A stretch of DNA of 41,569 nt from a virus (IMGVR_UViG_3300032212_000047:1-41569); one strand, 5' to 3'. Counted from the first letter of the stretch, positions 27,328 to 36,331 are shown. Translations and numbers: made by a program. The notes: generated by a model not told the origin, from the letters alone.

Positions 27328-29132
27328 GTTTTGACACTGAGCAGTCAAGACTGGGCCATGAGACTTTTGTGCAATGTGAATTAGATTTAGATTATTGTTC
27401 TAATTTATATGGTGGTGGGCTGTTAAGTCCTTTAAACGGTACTTGTACGTCCGCGCTTTCAGTTGGCAGCGAGTGTTATAACACGCGTCACGAATGCCAA
27501 GACACTGACAATTTTGCCAAGACAACAAAGACATATATTTTCTGTACGCCACATCCTAATATCCCAGTAGGTACAGAGATGATCCCTTGTATTGTTGGAG
27601 AACCAAAATTTACACCCACAGAAATTAAACCCGATGGCGGTATGTCATTAAGATCTAAAGTTACCATAAAGGTAAAAGACTTTCCTCACCATGATCGAAA
27701 TGTTGACCCATACGTTTCGACTCGAGCTAATACAGCTCAAGGGACATATTTCGGAAGGCTATTAGAAAGAAACCGCTATTATGTTGGTCGTTTAATGCGT
27801 GTAAAAGATGGCTATATTGATCAAAATGGATCTTTGCAGTTACAAACAAGGCTTTATGTTATAGATAAAATCACTGGCCCTGTATCATCAGGTGACGACC
27901 TAATATACACAATAACTGGAAGCGATATATTAAGTCTCGGAAAAGATACAAGAATACAAATACCACCACCCACAGACGGTATCCTTAATGCTGATATTAC
28001 CTCTGGAGCAACAAGCCTTGTTTTAGACGGTGGAACAACAATAGCGGATTACCCTTCAGGTGGTGGAATCGTTGTTATAGGTGACGAATGGATCGCCTAC
28101 GCATCAAGAACAAGCTTTACTTTAAATTCTTTAACTAGAGGCGCAAAAGGAACAACCGCTGATGAGCATAAAGCTGGTGACGGTGTTCAAATTGTTAAAA
28201 ATTTCACTGGTACGCCTATTGCCGTAATTTATGAAATATTAACATCTTATATCGGAATTAGCTCCGCTTATATTCCTTATAATACATCTCCATTAGGCGC
28301 TTGGAATGATGAAGAAACCAACTGGCACAATGGCGTATCTATAGATTCATATATTGGAACACCTACTGGAGCATTCAAATTATTAACAGAACTATGTGAA
28401 GTTTTTAATATTGATCTATGGTGGGATGAAATAGCTTCAGAAATTAAATTAAAAACCAATGCGCCTCCACTAGGAAACGTACCTGTAACAGAATTAAACG
28501 ATGGAACTCATTTGGTTGCAGATAAAACTACAATATCAGAGGACCCAGATAGAAGAATAAGCCGTATTATCCTTCATTATCATAAAATAGATTATAGCGA
28601 AGGAGATAAAATATCAAACTTTGCTAGACATCATTTTGAAACCGATGATGTAGTTGAGGGATCGGATTTATACGATGAAATTAGACTTAAAGAAATAAAG
28701 TCAAGATGGTTAACAAACTTAAATGATTCAACTGCGATTCAGAATACACAAAGAAAGATAGCCAGGTTTGGTGAAACACCAATCACAATTAAATTTTTTT
28801 TAACCGCTAAAGACGCTGCATTAAAAACAGGTGATTTATGCGACATAACAACCAGTAAAAGACAAAACTCAGACGGTAGTCCAAAAACAGTTCGCTATCA
28901 AGTTGTAAAACATAAAGAATCAAAGATAGGCCATCAAGTCGATTATGATGCATTAATCAGTAGTTTTACTTATAACACTCGATATGCATTTGTTGCTGAT
29001 AACTCACTTAATACCACATCTCCTATGACTGTTTACGATAATGCAAGTGACGCTGAGAAACTTGCAAATGCTTTTGTTGGGCCAAATTCAGGTAACTTCC
29101 CTGATGGCGGCACTCTTTATTTAATAATCTGA
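27309..29132 (+). CDS. tail tip/baseplate hub protein (start probably MSFD)
   Basis: Cys cluster with CYNT; DPY...R...GTYFG; LTRGAKGTTA..H.AGD.V; LWWDE motifs. Confidence 0.75.
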   Translation: MWRSNMSFDTEQSRLGHETFVQCELDLDYCSNLYGGGLLSPLNGTCTSALSVGSECYNTRHECQDTDNFAKTTKTYIFCTPHPNIPVGTEMIPCIVGEPKFTPTEIKPDGGMSLRSKVTIKVKDFPHHDRNVDPYVSTRANTAQGTYFGRLLERNRYYVGRLMRVKDGYIDQNGSLQLQTRLYVIDKITGPVSSGDDLIYTITGSDILSLGKDTRIQIPPPTDGILNADITSGATSLVLDGGTTIADYPSGGGIVVIGDEWIAYASRTSFTLNSLTRGAKGTTADEHKAGDGVQIVKNFTGTPIAVIYEILTSYIGISSAYIPYNTSPLGAWNDEETNWHNGVSIDSYIGTPTGAFKLLTELCEVFNIDLWWDEIASEIKLKTNAPPLGNVPVTELNDGTHLVADKTTISEDPDRRISRIILHYHKIDYSEGDKISNFARHHFETDDVVEGSDLYDEIRLKEIKSRWLTNLNDSTAIQNTQRKIARFGETPITIKFFLTAKDAALKTGDLCDITTSKRQNSDGSPKTVRYQVVKHKESKIGHQVDYDALISSFTYNTRYAFVADNSLNTTSPMTVYDNASDAEKLANAFVGPNSGNFPDGGTLYLII

Positions 29133-29139
29133 GGTAACT

Positions 29140-29406
29140 ATGTATAAGTTCGCAAAACTTCCGATAGAAACGGAGGATGTTTCGATCCCTAAAAATGTCC
29201 TTGTTCCTTGCCCTATAAGCGGAATACAAACAAAAAGACTTGCTTACAAATGTTGTCCTAACTGCGAATACTTTAAAGGTCTAGCTAAACTAACCTGGGC
29301 TGATACTGAAGAAGAGAAAGCCAAAATAATAAATCTTCCTTGGTCTAAAAAATACGCAATTCGATGTGTAACAGTTGCCGAATGGATAACGGAGAGTTTT
29401 GAATGA
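29140..29406 (+). CDS. small Cys-rich protein
   Basis: GAGG RBS; VPCP...CCPNCEYF...IRC; ATGA coupling to the next gene. Confidence 0.65.
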   Translation: MYKFAKLPIETEDVSIPKNVLVPCPISGIQTKRLAYKCCPNCEYFKGLAKLTWADTEEEKAKIINLPWSKKYAIRCVTVAEWITESFE

Positions 29407-29927
29407 CAACTTTTTCAGCTATTGCTAATAGTGAAATTGCTGTTGGCGCACCTGTTACTAATAGCTTAATGACAAAGAATCGGGATAACCCTTTAGCCAT
29501 ACAAGAAAACGATCCAAGCGCCCCCGATGTTCAGTATGCCGTATCAGCAGGGTCGGCCAGTTCAGCGACTACAGCAGGATCAGCAAGTTCAGCGACAACG
29601 GCTGGCAGTATATCAGGGCAGGGGGCTCTAGCTACAAGAAACACTGTAGCGAATGGACATATAGATAATAGTGCAGTTAACTCCGTTAAGATTAATAAAG
29701 CTGTTGGAACCACCTCGATATTCTCAGTAGCCGCAAATTCAACGCTATTAATACCTGCCGGATTCTACTTTTTCTATACTAATACTTTTATCGATCTTTT
29801 AGTCAGTGCGGTACCGGTGGGTAACTTCACTAATGGAAAATTTGTCTGGTCAGACGGTGCATCGTTTTCGCTTTATGAGAATGATGGGGTTGGCACACAA
29901 AATATTTCATACAAGAAACTAGCATAG
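29403..29927 (+). CDS. short tail fibre-like protein
   Basis: EIA.GAPVT..L....RDNPLAI.E N-terminus; AGSASSATT repeats. Confidence 0.7.
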   Translation: MTTFSAIANSEIAVGAPVTNSLMTKNRDNPLAIQENDPSAPDVQYAVSAGSASSATTAGSASSATTAGSISGQGALATRNTVANGHIDNSAVNSVKINKAVGTTSIFSVAANSTLLIPAGFYFFYTNTFIDLLVSAVPVGNFTNGKFVWSDGASFSLYENDGVGTQNISYKKLA

Positions 29928-29937
29928 AGATATACGT

Positions 29938-30501
29938 ATGATTATAAATAACACACAGCCAGAATATGAAGGATTCCCCGATAGTTTAAATGGTGAAGTT
30001 TTATTAAATACAGATATAAGTAGCGGTATCCAAACTGCCACACTTGCGACGTGCTATTTAATGTCAAAGCTTACCGCGCAACAACGTATTGACAATGGGT
30101 GGAGTCAATACGAAACGCTATTAGCTACGCTTGATTTTACGCCGCTTACTGCTGGCGAGATAGTTAGCGCCTATAAAATTAAAAAAGAAAAAGAAATGAA
30201 CCGCGCGTATAAAGATGCGGAAGCCGCACCCATTGTTTTTAATGCCGTCTCATACTATGGCGGTCGAAATTCGGCGGCGAGTATTAAAGAGAGTCTTGAT
30301 ATAACCGAGTTAGCAGGGTTAACCGATGTTGATGTATACGACATAAACGATGCGCCGCAGGTATTAAGCATTGCAGATGCTAAAGCTTTGATACTTGCAA
30401 TAGCTAACACTGCTAAAACAAATTTATTTAAATTTAACGCGAAGGTTAACGCTATCAAGGCGGCGACAACAGAGGCTGAGTTAGATGGGGTTGTCTGGTA
30501 A
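29938..30501 (+). CDS. tail fibre assembly chaperone (DUF4376-like)
   Basis: C-terminal AIKAATTEAELDGVVW motif. Confidence 0.7.
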   Translation: MIINNTQPEYEGFPDSLNGEVLLNTDISSGIQTATLATCYLMSKLTAQQRIDNGWSQYETLLATLDFTPLTAGEIVSAYKIKKEKEMNRAYKDAEAAPIVFNAVSYYGGRNSAASIKESLDITELAGLTDVDVYDINDAPQVLSIADAKALILAIANTAKTNLFKFNAKVNAIKAATTEAELDGVVW

Positions 30502-30800
30502 TGTCTTGTTCAGTTGCTACGTTCTTAAATAAATTAGGTTACAAGTCTTATTGTGACGATCACGATAAAGACTATAAATGCCCGATTTCACTCTGGCATA
30601 AATTTAAAAGCGACTTGGTGTTTTCTTGGCGTATGTTCACGCATAATGATTGGCATTCATACTATGTTGGTATTGGTGCTATGTTGGCCTTAACGTTCCT
30701 CCCTATTTCATACCGCAGATATTACCAGTCTCTTACTCCCTTTGTGGTTTATGGGGTGATTTTAGTTTTTTTAATTGAAATTATAAGGATTTTAAATTGA
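30501..30800 (+). CDS. membrane protein with a CxxHDxxY motif
   Basis: CDDHDKDY...SDLVF plus two hydrophobic segments. Confidence 0.6.
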   Translation: MSCSVATFLNKLGYKSYCDDHDKDYKCPISLWHKFKSDLVFSWRMFTHNDWHSYYVGIGAMLALTFLPISYRRYYQSLTPFVVYGVILVFLIEIIRILN

Positions 30801-30985
30801 TACAGGAAAGCACCAAGCACACTGCCGATGTTATAGCGGCAGCATCAGGACTAGGGGCAACTATTACTTATTATATGGATGTGTTTGTAAATCCATTACT
30901 CACGGCAACAGTCTCACTCTTAACAATTATATGGCTTTATCACAGAATTAAAGAGTTAAGAATTAAAAACAAAATAGATAAATGA
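30797..30985 (+). CDS. holin candidate
   Basis: Hydrophobic segments and a basic C-terminus; ATGA-coupled to the endolysin. Confidence 0.65.
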   Translation: MIQESTKHTADVIAAASGLGATITYYMDVFVNPLLTATVSLLTIIWLYHRIKELRIKNKIDK

Positions 30986-31383
30986 ATATCACCGATTTAA
31001 TTATTAAACACGAAGGTTTAGAACTTCAACCCTACCAAGACTCTTTAGGGGTATTCACTATAGGAGTAGGGCATAACCTGGAGCGCGGCATCTCATACGA
31101 GGCCGCTATGTTCATTCTTAAAGAAGATTTAGCAGAAGTAGAAGAACAAGCTAAACAATTTGATTGGTTCTCAGAGTTAAATCAAGTCCGTCAAATGGTC
31201 ATTATAAATATGATTTTCAATCTAGGAATAACCCGCTTTAAACGATTTAAAAAAACAATCAAAGCTATCAAAGAAAAAGAATATAAACGGGCTGCGATGG
31301 AAATGCTCGACTCTAAATGGAGTGAGCAGGTCGGACAAAGAGCAATCGAATTATCATTAATGATGGAGGCAGGAAATGTTTAA
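30982..31383 (+). CDS. endolysin, T4-lysozyme-like (GH24)
   Basis: HEG....YQD..G..TIGVG (E-D-T triad), NMIFNLG and EMLDSKW..QV..RA motifs. Confidence 0.93.
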   Translation: MNITDLIIKHEGLELQPYQDSLGVFTIGVGHNLERGISYEAAMFILKEDLAEVEEQAKQFDWFSELNQVRQMVIINMIFNLGITRFKRFKKTIKAIKEKEYKRAAMEMLDSKWSEQVGQRAIELSLMMEAGNV

Positions 31384-31555
31384 ATCCAAAACAATAAATT
31401 TTAGTTACCTATTAACCGTATTCGGTATTCTCGAATTGAACATGCCTTTAATACGTGAACAGCTTGGCGAGAATTACGGCTATTTATTTATTGCCGTTTC
31501 TATCATTGTTGGCCTATTAAGACAGGCCACTACTAAACCTCTGTCAGAAAGATGA
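31376..31555 (+). CDS. second holin-like two-TM protein (59 aa)
   Basis: MFKSKTINFSYLLTVFGILE...IAVSIIVGLLRQATTKPLSER; GGAGG upstream; shorter than the ORF-track cutoff. Confidence 0.7.
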   Translation: MFKSKTINFSYLLTVFGILELNMPLIREQLGENYGYLFIAVSIIVGLLRQATTKPLSER

Positions 31556-31776
31556 AAAAATATCTCATCATCGGAGCGGCTGTATTTGTAGCCTTTTTAA
31601 AGGTGTTTTATCTGGGTTTTTCTAAAGCAAAAGACCAATTTAAAGCTAAGGCAGAGCAAACAAAATCCAAATCCTATGAGAATCTAATCAAGACCCAAAA
31701 AGAGAATAAAGAGGATCTAAAAAATGTCAAAGCCAAACTTGATAACAATGATTTTTCTTCTTTTAACGATAACTAG
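31552..31776 (+). CDS. i-spanin candidate
   Basis: N-terminal TM segment plus coiled coil. Confidence 0.7.
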   Translation: MKKYLIIGAAVFVAFLKVFYLGFSKAKDQFKAKAEQTKSKSYENLIKTQKENKEDLKNVKAKLDNNDFSSFNDN

Positions 31777-31963
31777 CTGTACTACAGTAGTAAAATTACC
31801 TCTCCCAGCTTTACCCGATTACCCAAAATTTTCACAACAAGAACTAGACATTTTAAAAGAATGTACCAAGTGTATTCCTATTATTAGAAAGCTCGGTATT
31901 AAGGATAAAATGTGTAGAGGCTCAATAAAAGAACATCGAGCCATCATCGAGGCGACTCAGTGA
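31724..31963 (+). CDS. o-spanin lipoprotein candidate
   Basis: Lipobox-like LTITSC; Pro-rich linker; overlaps the i-spanin. Confidence 0.72.
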   Translation: MSKPNLITMIFLLLTITSCTTVVKLPLPALPDYPKFSQQELDILKECTKCIPIIRKLGIKDKMCRGSIKEHRAIIEATQ

Positions 31964-32076
31964 ATTTAGCCCTGCTTGTTGTTAATAATTTCCAGTTTTT
32001 TAACGTCAAGATACTTTGTTATAAATTGCTTAGCGACTAATTTATTTACGCATTCTCTCTATCATCTAAGTATTAT

Positions 32077-32433
32077 TTAATAATCTTTCAACGTCCACAC
32101 TCTAATATAAATATCATACCCTGATAAATACTCCCTTAAATAATTAAGATATTTCTTATCAGAGGGCTTTTTAAATATCATTACAATGCCGGGTCTTTTC
32201 CCTGTTTGAAGAGCGTACCATCTAGCCTGCGCTATATCTTCTTTCCACTTATTTGCAAAGCCAAACTCAATTGCGTGTGATTCGGTTAAACAATCGACAC
32301 GCCCACCTTTCACTCTGTATTCAGTTTGAATAAAGTTAGACTGGCTCTTACACCATGCGTCCTGATGCTCTCTTTCTGAAAGAGCATAGGCATTAAACGA
32401 TAGTAAAAATAAACTAAGCGACCTTAATAGCAA
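32077..32433 (-). CDS. signal-peptide protein with a PD-(D/E)XK-like fold
   Basis: Signal peptide ending in AYA; RVDCLT..HAIEF...W...IAQA.WY pattern. Confidence 0.65.
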   Translation of the reverse strand: MLLRSLSLFLLSFNAYALSEREHQDAWCKSQSNFIQTEYRVKGGRVDCLTESHAIEFGFANKWKEDIAQARWYALQTGKRPGIVMIFKKPSDKKYLNYLREYLSGYDIYIRVWTLKDY

Positions 32434-32731
32434 CTTTTTTAATCTCCTTTAAAAGCGGCCTTAATTCTTGCTCAGCCTTCCATACATCCCAATTACGCTG
32501 TAGGTTAAGCCATAAAGTAGGCGTATTACCAACCCAAGCACCAAGCTTTAAGGCTGTATCAGGTGTTATAGGCTTAGTTTTATCCATAATATGATATAAC
32601 AAACTGCGTGATACTTTTAATATTTCAGCAAGTTCGGTTACTTTAATTTTAGAGTCATCAATAATATCCCTTAGTAATTCACCTGGATGTGTTGGCTCTC
32701 TGTTTGGTCTTTCGGCCTTGTAAATAGTCAT
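32414..32731 (-). CDS. higA: HigA-family antitoxin
   Basis: PTHPGELL, HTH, ITPDTALKL and WLNLQ..WD motifs. Confidence 0.93.
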   Translation of the reverse strand: MTIYKAERPNREPTHPGELLRDIIDDSKIKVTELAEILKVSRSLLYHIMDKTKPITPDTALKLGAWVGNTPTLWLNLQRNWDVWKAEQELRPLLKEIKKVAIKVA

Positions 32732-32781
32732 AATCTGACCTCTTTGTAATGGCCTTACGGCCTAGTAAGTACCATCTAAAA

Positions 32782-33057
32782 TCAATGGTAATCTAAATAA
32801 TCAACAATAAAAGCATCTCCTTCTTTAAAGTCGAATGTAATTCTGAAATTTCCGTTAACTGTAAAGCTGTAGCGATTGGCATAACCTGATAATTTGTGAA
32901 AGCGCCATGTAGGGATATTTAGATCATCGGTAGTCTCAGCATTATCTAAAACGTCTAACTGCAATTTACATTTTCTAACGTGATTAGGATTAATTCGATT
33001 AGTCCTTCCAGTTCGGAAAACCTCTTTAAGTCCTTTATGTTTGAATGTCTTAATCAT
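32782..33057 (-). CDS. higB: HigB-family (RelE superfamily) toxin
   Basis: MIKTFKHKGLK, FHKLSG, VNGNFRITF.F and DYLDYH motifs; toxin-first gene order. Confidence 0.93.
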   Translation of the reverse strand: MIKTFKHKGLKEVFRTGRTNRINPNHVRKCKLQLDVLDNAETTDDLNIPTWRFHKLSGYANRYSFTVNGNFRITFDFKEGDAFIVDYLDYH

Positions 33058-33064
33058 GGGTATA

Positions 33065-33106
33065 AGTGTATACCATTAGTGTACATGTGTCAACTAATAG
33101 TATACA
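33065..33106 (-). promoter_or_regulatory. higBA promoter and operator inverted repeat
   Basis: TTGACA-17 nt-TACACT; inverted repeat TGTATACCATTAGT/ACTAATAGTATACA (13/14 match). Confidence 0.8.
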
Positions 33107-33152
33107 TTGAAGAGAGTAGAAGTAGTAATATGTATTTCATAATCCCATCTTA

Positions 33153-33370
33153 TAAGCTATTGATTCTTGGTTTAAATCTAAGGGGTAAAAGTTGCGAAAA
33201 TGCGCTGTAACATATTGATTCTAAAGAATTTATAATGGGATTGTGATTCCGGTCGTCGAGGGTTCGAGTCCCTTTAGCCACCCCATTTTCCTTTTATTAA
33301 ACAGTAAGTTATCTTTTTTATTTATTAGGGGTTGCTTATTTTCATAACTTTTCATAATCCCTTTCATAAC
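33153..33370. other. attP with IHF-like and arm-type sites
   Basis: IHF consensus TAAnnnnTTGATT at 33153 and 33208; three TTTCATAA(C/T) repeats at 33339-33370; inverted copy GTTGCGAAAA at 33191. Confidence 0.8.
33238..33285 (+). other. attP core: 3' half of tRNA-His(GTG), not a full tRNA
   Basis: GGATTGTGATTCC...GGTTCGAGTCCC...AGCCACCCCA; no D arm or 5' acceptor strand upstream. Confidence 0.9.
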
Positions 33371-33373
33371 TTT

Positions 33374-34462
33374 TTACTCGCTGTCATCGAATTTAAGACG
33401 CTTTAAAGGTGTTCTTTTTTGAGGGTCGAGTATGTCAACTACATCGGCTGTACGGTTGTAAACCTCTGCCATTGCCTCGGTTGTGTGGCCTGAAAACTTC
33501 CTTTTATCTCCTTCAAATTCTGAAACACCTTTTGCCTTCAAGTCATGCATAGAAAATCGTTCTTCAACGATAGGCGGGTATTTCTCATCAAAGGCAGCCT
33601 TTCTAATTTTATACTGTTCGTCTGTTTCTTTTTTCTTACGTCTACATATCCCCATTGCTTTATCGACAAGCTTGCCAAACATTCCTTTAAGTCCATTTTC
33701 TGTATAAGGTTGGCCGAATCGATTATGTATAACGTATAACGTTTTAATTTGCGAAGGTTGGTTGACTGCCATCTTAATAGCTTTTTTAAGTCTTGGAGTC
33801 CATTTCTTAATTTGTTTTTTACCTGTTTTGTTTTGCTCTATATAAAGACCTTCTTCAAATAAATCATTCAACATCATTAACCGAACATCACCCGACCTAG
33901 CACCACATAAATAAGCGACTTCCATAGCGGTTTTAATATTAGGTGAAGCTAAATCATAAACAGCTTGGTATTCTTCATCCGTAACACTTCTATCTCTGCT
34001 TTTTAATTGAAAAGGCTTCACGCCAATACAAGGATTCATTTGAATATAACCTCTTTCAAATGCCCACGACATAACATTGTATAAAAATGTTCTTTCTCTA
34101 TTGGCGCGGTGTTTTGATTCTTTTCCTCTAAGGTCGAGGAACTTTCTAACGTGTTTGGGTTTTAGATCGATAGAGCGCATCTTTCCGAATGCTTGCTCTA
34201 TTCGTTTCCGACAATCTCTATAGTCTTTTTGGGTAGGGGGTTTTAAATTATTTAAAAAATGCTCGCTTGAAAAGTAACCTTCAATTAAAAATGTAATGGT
34301 CTTTTTGTCGGTAGCATTTTCTTTTACTTTTTCATACGCAATCCAAACATCAGCGCGACTTGCTGAAAAATTACATAGTCTTATATTCTTACCAGAAGGA
34401 GGGTGATATTCCCATGCTGAACGGCCTCTATAAACTCTTGGTGGTTTCCAGTTATCTTTCAT
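33374..34462 (-). CDS. int: tyrosine integrase
   Basis: CGARSGD, KTGK, HDLKAK and SGH...VY motifs; adjacent to attP. Confidence 0.95.
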   Translation of the reverse strand: MKDNWKPPRVYRGRSAWEYHPPSGKNIRLCNFSASRADVWIAYEKVKENATDKKTITFLIEGYFSSEHFLNNLKPPTQKDYRDCRKRIEQAFGKMRSIDLKPKHVRKFLDLRGKESKHRANRERTFLYNVMSWAFERGYIQMNPCIGVKPFQLKSRDRSVTDEEYQAVYDLASPNIKTAMEVAYLCGARSGDVRLMMLNDLFEEGLYIEQNKTGKKQIKKWTPRLKKAIKMAVNQPSQIKTLYVIHNRFGQPYTENGLKGMFGKLVDKAMGICRRKKKETDEQYKIRKAAFDEKYPPIVEERFSMHDLKAKGVSEFEGDKRKFSGHTTEAMAEVYNRTADVVDILDPQKRTPLKRLKFDDSE

Positions 34463-34652
34463 AAGGTGAGAAGTCAGGTTCGGTTGTTCGTTCTTCTACG
34501 GGTTTATCTTCTGTCACAACAAAATATAGCCTACCAATACGCTTTCCTGCAAGTTCTCCTGTTTTTATCCAGTTCTTAACAGTGGCCATTGATGGCCTAG
34601 AATCAGGTGTAAAACAAGTTTCTCTATACTCTTTAGCTGACATTAACATCAA
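34452..34652 (-). CDS. xis: excisionase
   Basis: RPSMATVKNWIKTGEL.G.RIG..YFV winged HTH directly upstream of int. Confidence 0.85.
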   Translation of the reverse strand: MMLMSAKEYRETCFTPDSRPSMATVKNWIKTGELAGKRIGRLYFVVTEDKPVEERTTEPDFSPYER

Positions 34653-34740
34653 ATAAACCTCTATAACTTGACCTTTATTTGCCCATAAATGGCTAATTGC
34701 TTTCTATTGGCCAGTCTCACACGCATTTTTAGTTCATTGC

Positions 34741-34974
34741 TCAGTCATCGTTTTCTTTCTCATAATCACTCACTTCCCTTGTTTTCAAGGTTGCTAAGAC
34801 ACCCTTATATTCAGCGACAAGAGCCGCTAGTTGTGCTGCGTAAGGTATCCAACCAAATGGCTTTAGCTTATCTTTCGATACATTAAACTCTAAATTTAGT
34901 TTAGCTATTTTTAGCTTAATATCATCAAGCGCCGCTTTTTTACCTTCCTCAAAATAGTTTGTTTCTGCGTTCAT
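34741..34974 (-). CDS. hypothetical protein
   Basis: ORF in the leftward operon; ATGA-coupled to the upstream ORF. Confidence 0.55.
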   Translation of the reverse strand: MNAETNYFEEGKKAALDDIKLKIAKLNLEFNVSKDKLKPFGWIPYAAQLAALVAEYKGVLATLKTREVSDYEKENDD

Positions 34975-35153
34975 GTTTTTTCTTCTTTATATATCAACTT
35001 TAACCTTCCTGCATACTTCCAAGGTGATATTTTTCCGCTTGGAGATTTGCACATAAAAAAATGCTCTTCCATTTTTACAAATTCTCGCCGAAACAGACCC
35101 TTAGAATCTGGCTCGTTGTAAACGATTATTTCATCACCTGGTTTAAGTTTCAT
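34971..35153 (-). CDS. hypothetical protein
   Basis: ORF in the leftward operon. Confidence 0.55.
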   Translation of the reverse strand: MKLKPGDEIIVYNEPDSKGLFRREFVKMEEHFFMCKSPSGKISPWKYAGRLKLIYKEEKT

Positions 35154-35288
35154 TGTTCATCTCTAGTTCAGCCATGCGTTTCATATTGTCTCAATGAGAA
35201 CACGACTTTTTGTTCTCCGTCCTCCAAATCAAAATTAAATGTTGTCATTTAAAGCCTCTGTTATTCGATTCGTTTAAATATATCTTTT

Positions 35289-35666
35289 TCATCGCCTCAC
35301 CGCAATTGCCTCTTCCAAATTAGGTAGTACATGCGATAAATCTCCAACATTAAGTTTTTTCGCAGCTTTAAGCTCTGCAATCTCTTTTTCTAAATCATGA
35401 ATCGTCTCAGGGGCTTTAGATATAAATTCTGCAAGCTCTTGTCTTTCATCTTCTGGGACGTCAGAATGAATTACACATATATAATGCGCTCCCCATTGTG
35501 CGACTCTGCCAACTGAACATTCGTCAATTTTATCGACGTCATAGTCTTTATAACTGCATGAGGATTGCCAGCCGCTTAAGATGTCATCTATTGATATGTG
35601 TATTAGCTCGCTCATTTTCTCACCTTTAAAATAATTCAGCTTCCATTTAAATTGCTCAAGATTCAC
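35289..35666 (-). CDS. hypothetical protein (start probably MSEL)
   Basis: AEFISKAP motif common in small phage early proteins; AGGTG precedes the internal ATG. Confidence 0.6.
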   Translation of the reverse strand: MNLEQFKWKLNYFKGEKMSELIHISIDDILSGWQSSCSYKDYDVDKIDECSVGRVAQWGAHYICVIHSDVPEDERQELAEFISKAPETIHDLEKEIAELKAAKKLNVGDLSHVLPNLEEAIAVRR

Positions 35667-35712
35667 TTATGCTTAACCTTCCATAACTCCTGTTAAATCG
35701 GGGTTTTCGTAT

Positions 35713-35991
35713 TTAGGTGTATTTCCACCAAAGTATTTTTCGTTTTGCGGCCTTGTTGCTGCCCACGCGACACTCATCGATAATCTTGCGTAATTCACCT
35801 ACAGTTAGATCATCAACATGCTTGCCTGTGTTAGCAATTCTGTCTGCTACTAAAGTTACAAACCACATACTTGTTTCTGTTAAATTCATCGGTTCAAGCC
35901 GATCAATTAAATCGCACGCAATCAATAAAGGCGTTGGCGTAGGATTTTTCATTTGCTCATAGAGAGTTAACTTATTCATATCACCACCCAT
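35713..35991 (-). CDS. hypothetical protein
   Basis: ORF in the leftward operon. Confidence 0.55.
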   Translation of the reverse strand: MGGDMNKLTLYEQMKNPTPTPLLIACDLIDRLEPMNLTETSMWFVTLVADRIANTGKHVDDLTVGELRKIIDECRVGSNKAAKRKILWWKYT

Positions 35992-36020
35992 ACTCTATAC
36001 TGGTATATACAATTAGCTTC

Positions 36021-36272
36021 CTAATTATTACTCTGAGATATTGAAATTATTTTCGGCACTACTTTATTTATTTGCTCACCCAAATAAGTGAACACTAAAA
36101 AGAAAGCTACAATATCCCAGTACGGTAACTGCTGAAAAATCTTAGGCAGAAAATTTAGATACACATCAGCGACACAATTCCATGCATAGTAAAACGGTAT
36201 TGCAGTGACAATTGCAAATGCCACATGAAAAGCTATTTTCACGAACGCGCTTAAATATTCAATCCCAAACAT
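36021..36272 (-). CDS. small membrane protein
   Basis: GGAG RBS; two hydrophobic segments. Confidence 0.65.
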   Translation of the reverse strand: MFGIEYLSAFVKIAFHVAFAIVTAIPFYYAWNCVADVYLNFLPKIFQQLPYWDIVAFFLVFTYLGEQINKVVPKIISISQSNN

Positions 36273-36331
36273 ATTATTTATCTCCAGTTAAGAAAGGCCA
36301 GTATCATTGCTTTTGCTTTAATATTTTTCAT

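Noticed and set aside
4003-30458. Many short opposite-strand or nested ORFs in the track (e.g. 4003-4248, 5249-5536, 15814-16155, 25084-25311)
   Set aside because: They lie inside well-supported genes and show no motifs or RBS.
33238-33285. Complete tRNA-His gene
   Set aside because: The 5' half is missing; this is the attP core.
33524-33547. Integrase inactivated by HxxK in place of HxxR
   Set aside because: As I recall, HDLKAK is a normal variant in this integrase subfamily; the other catalytic residues, xis and attP are intact.
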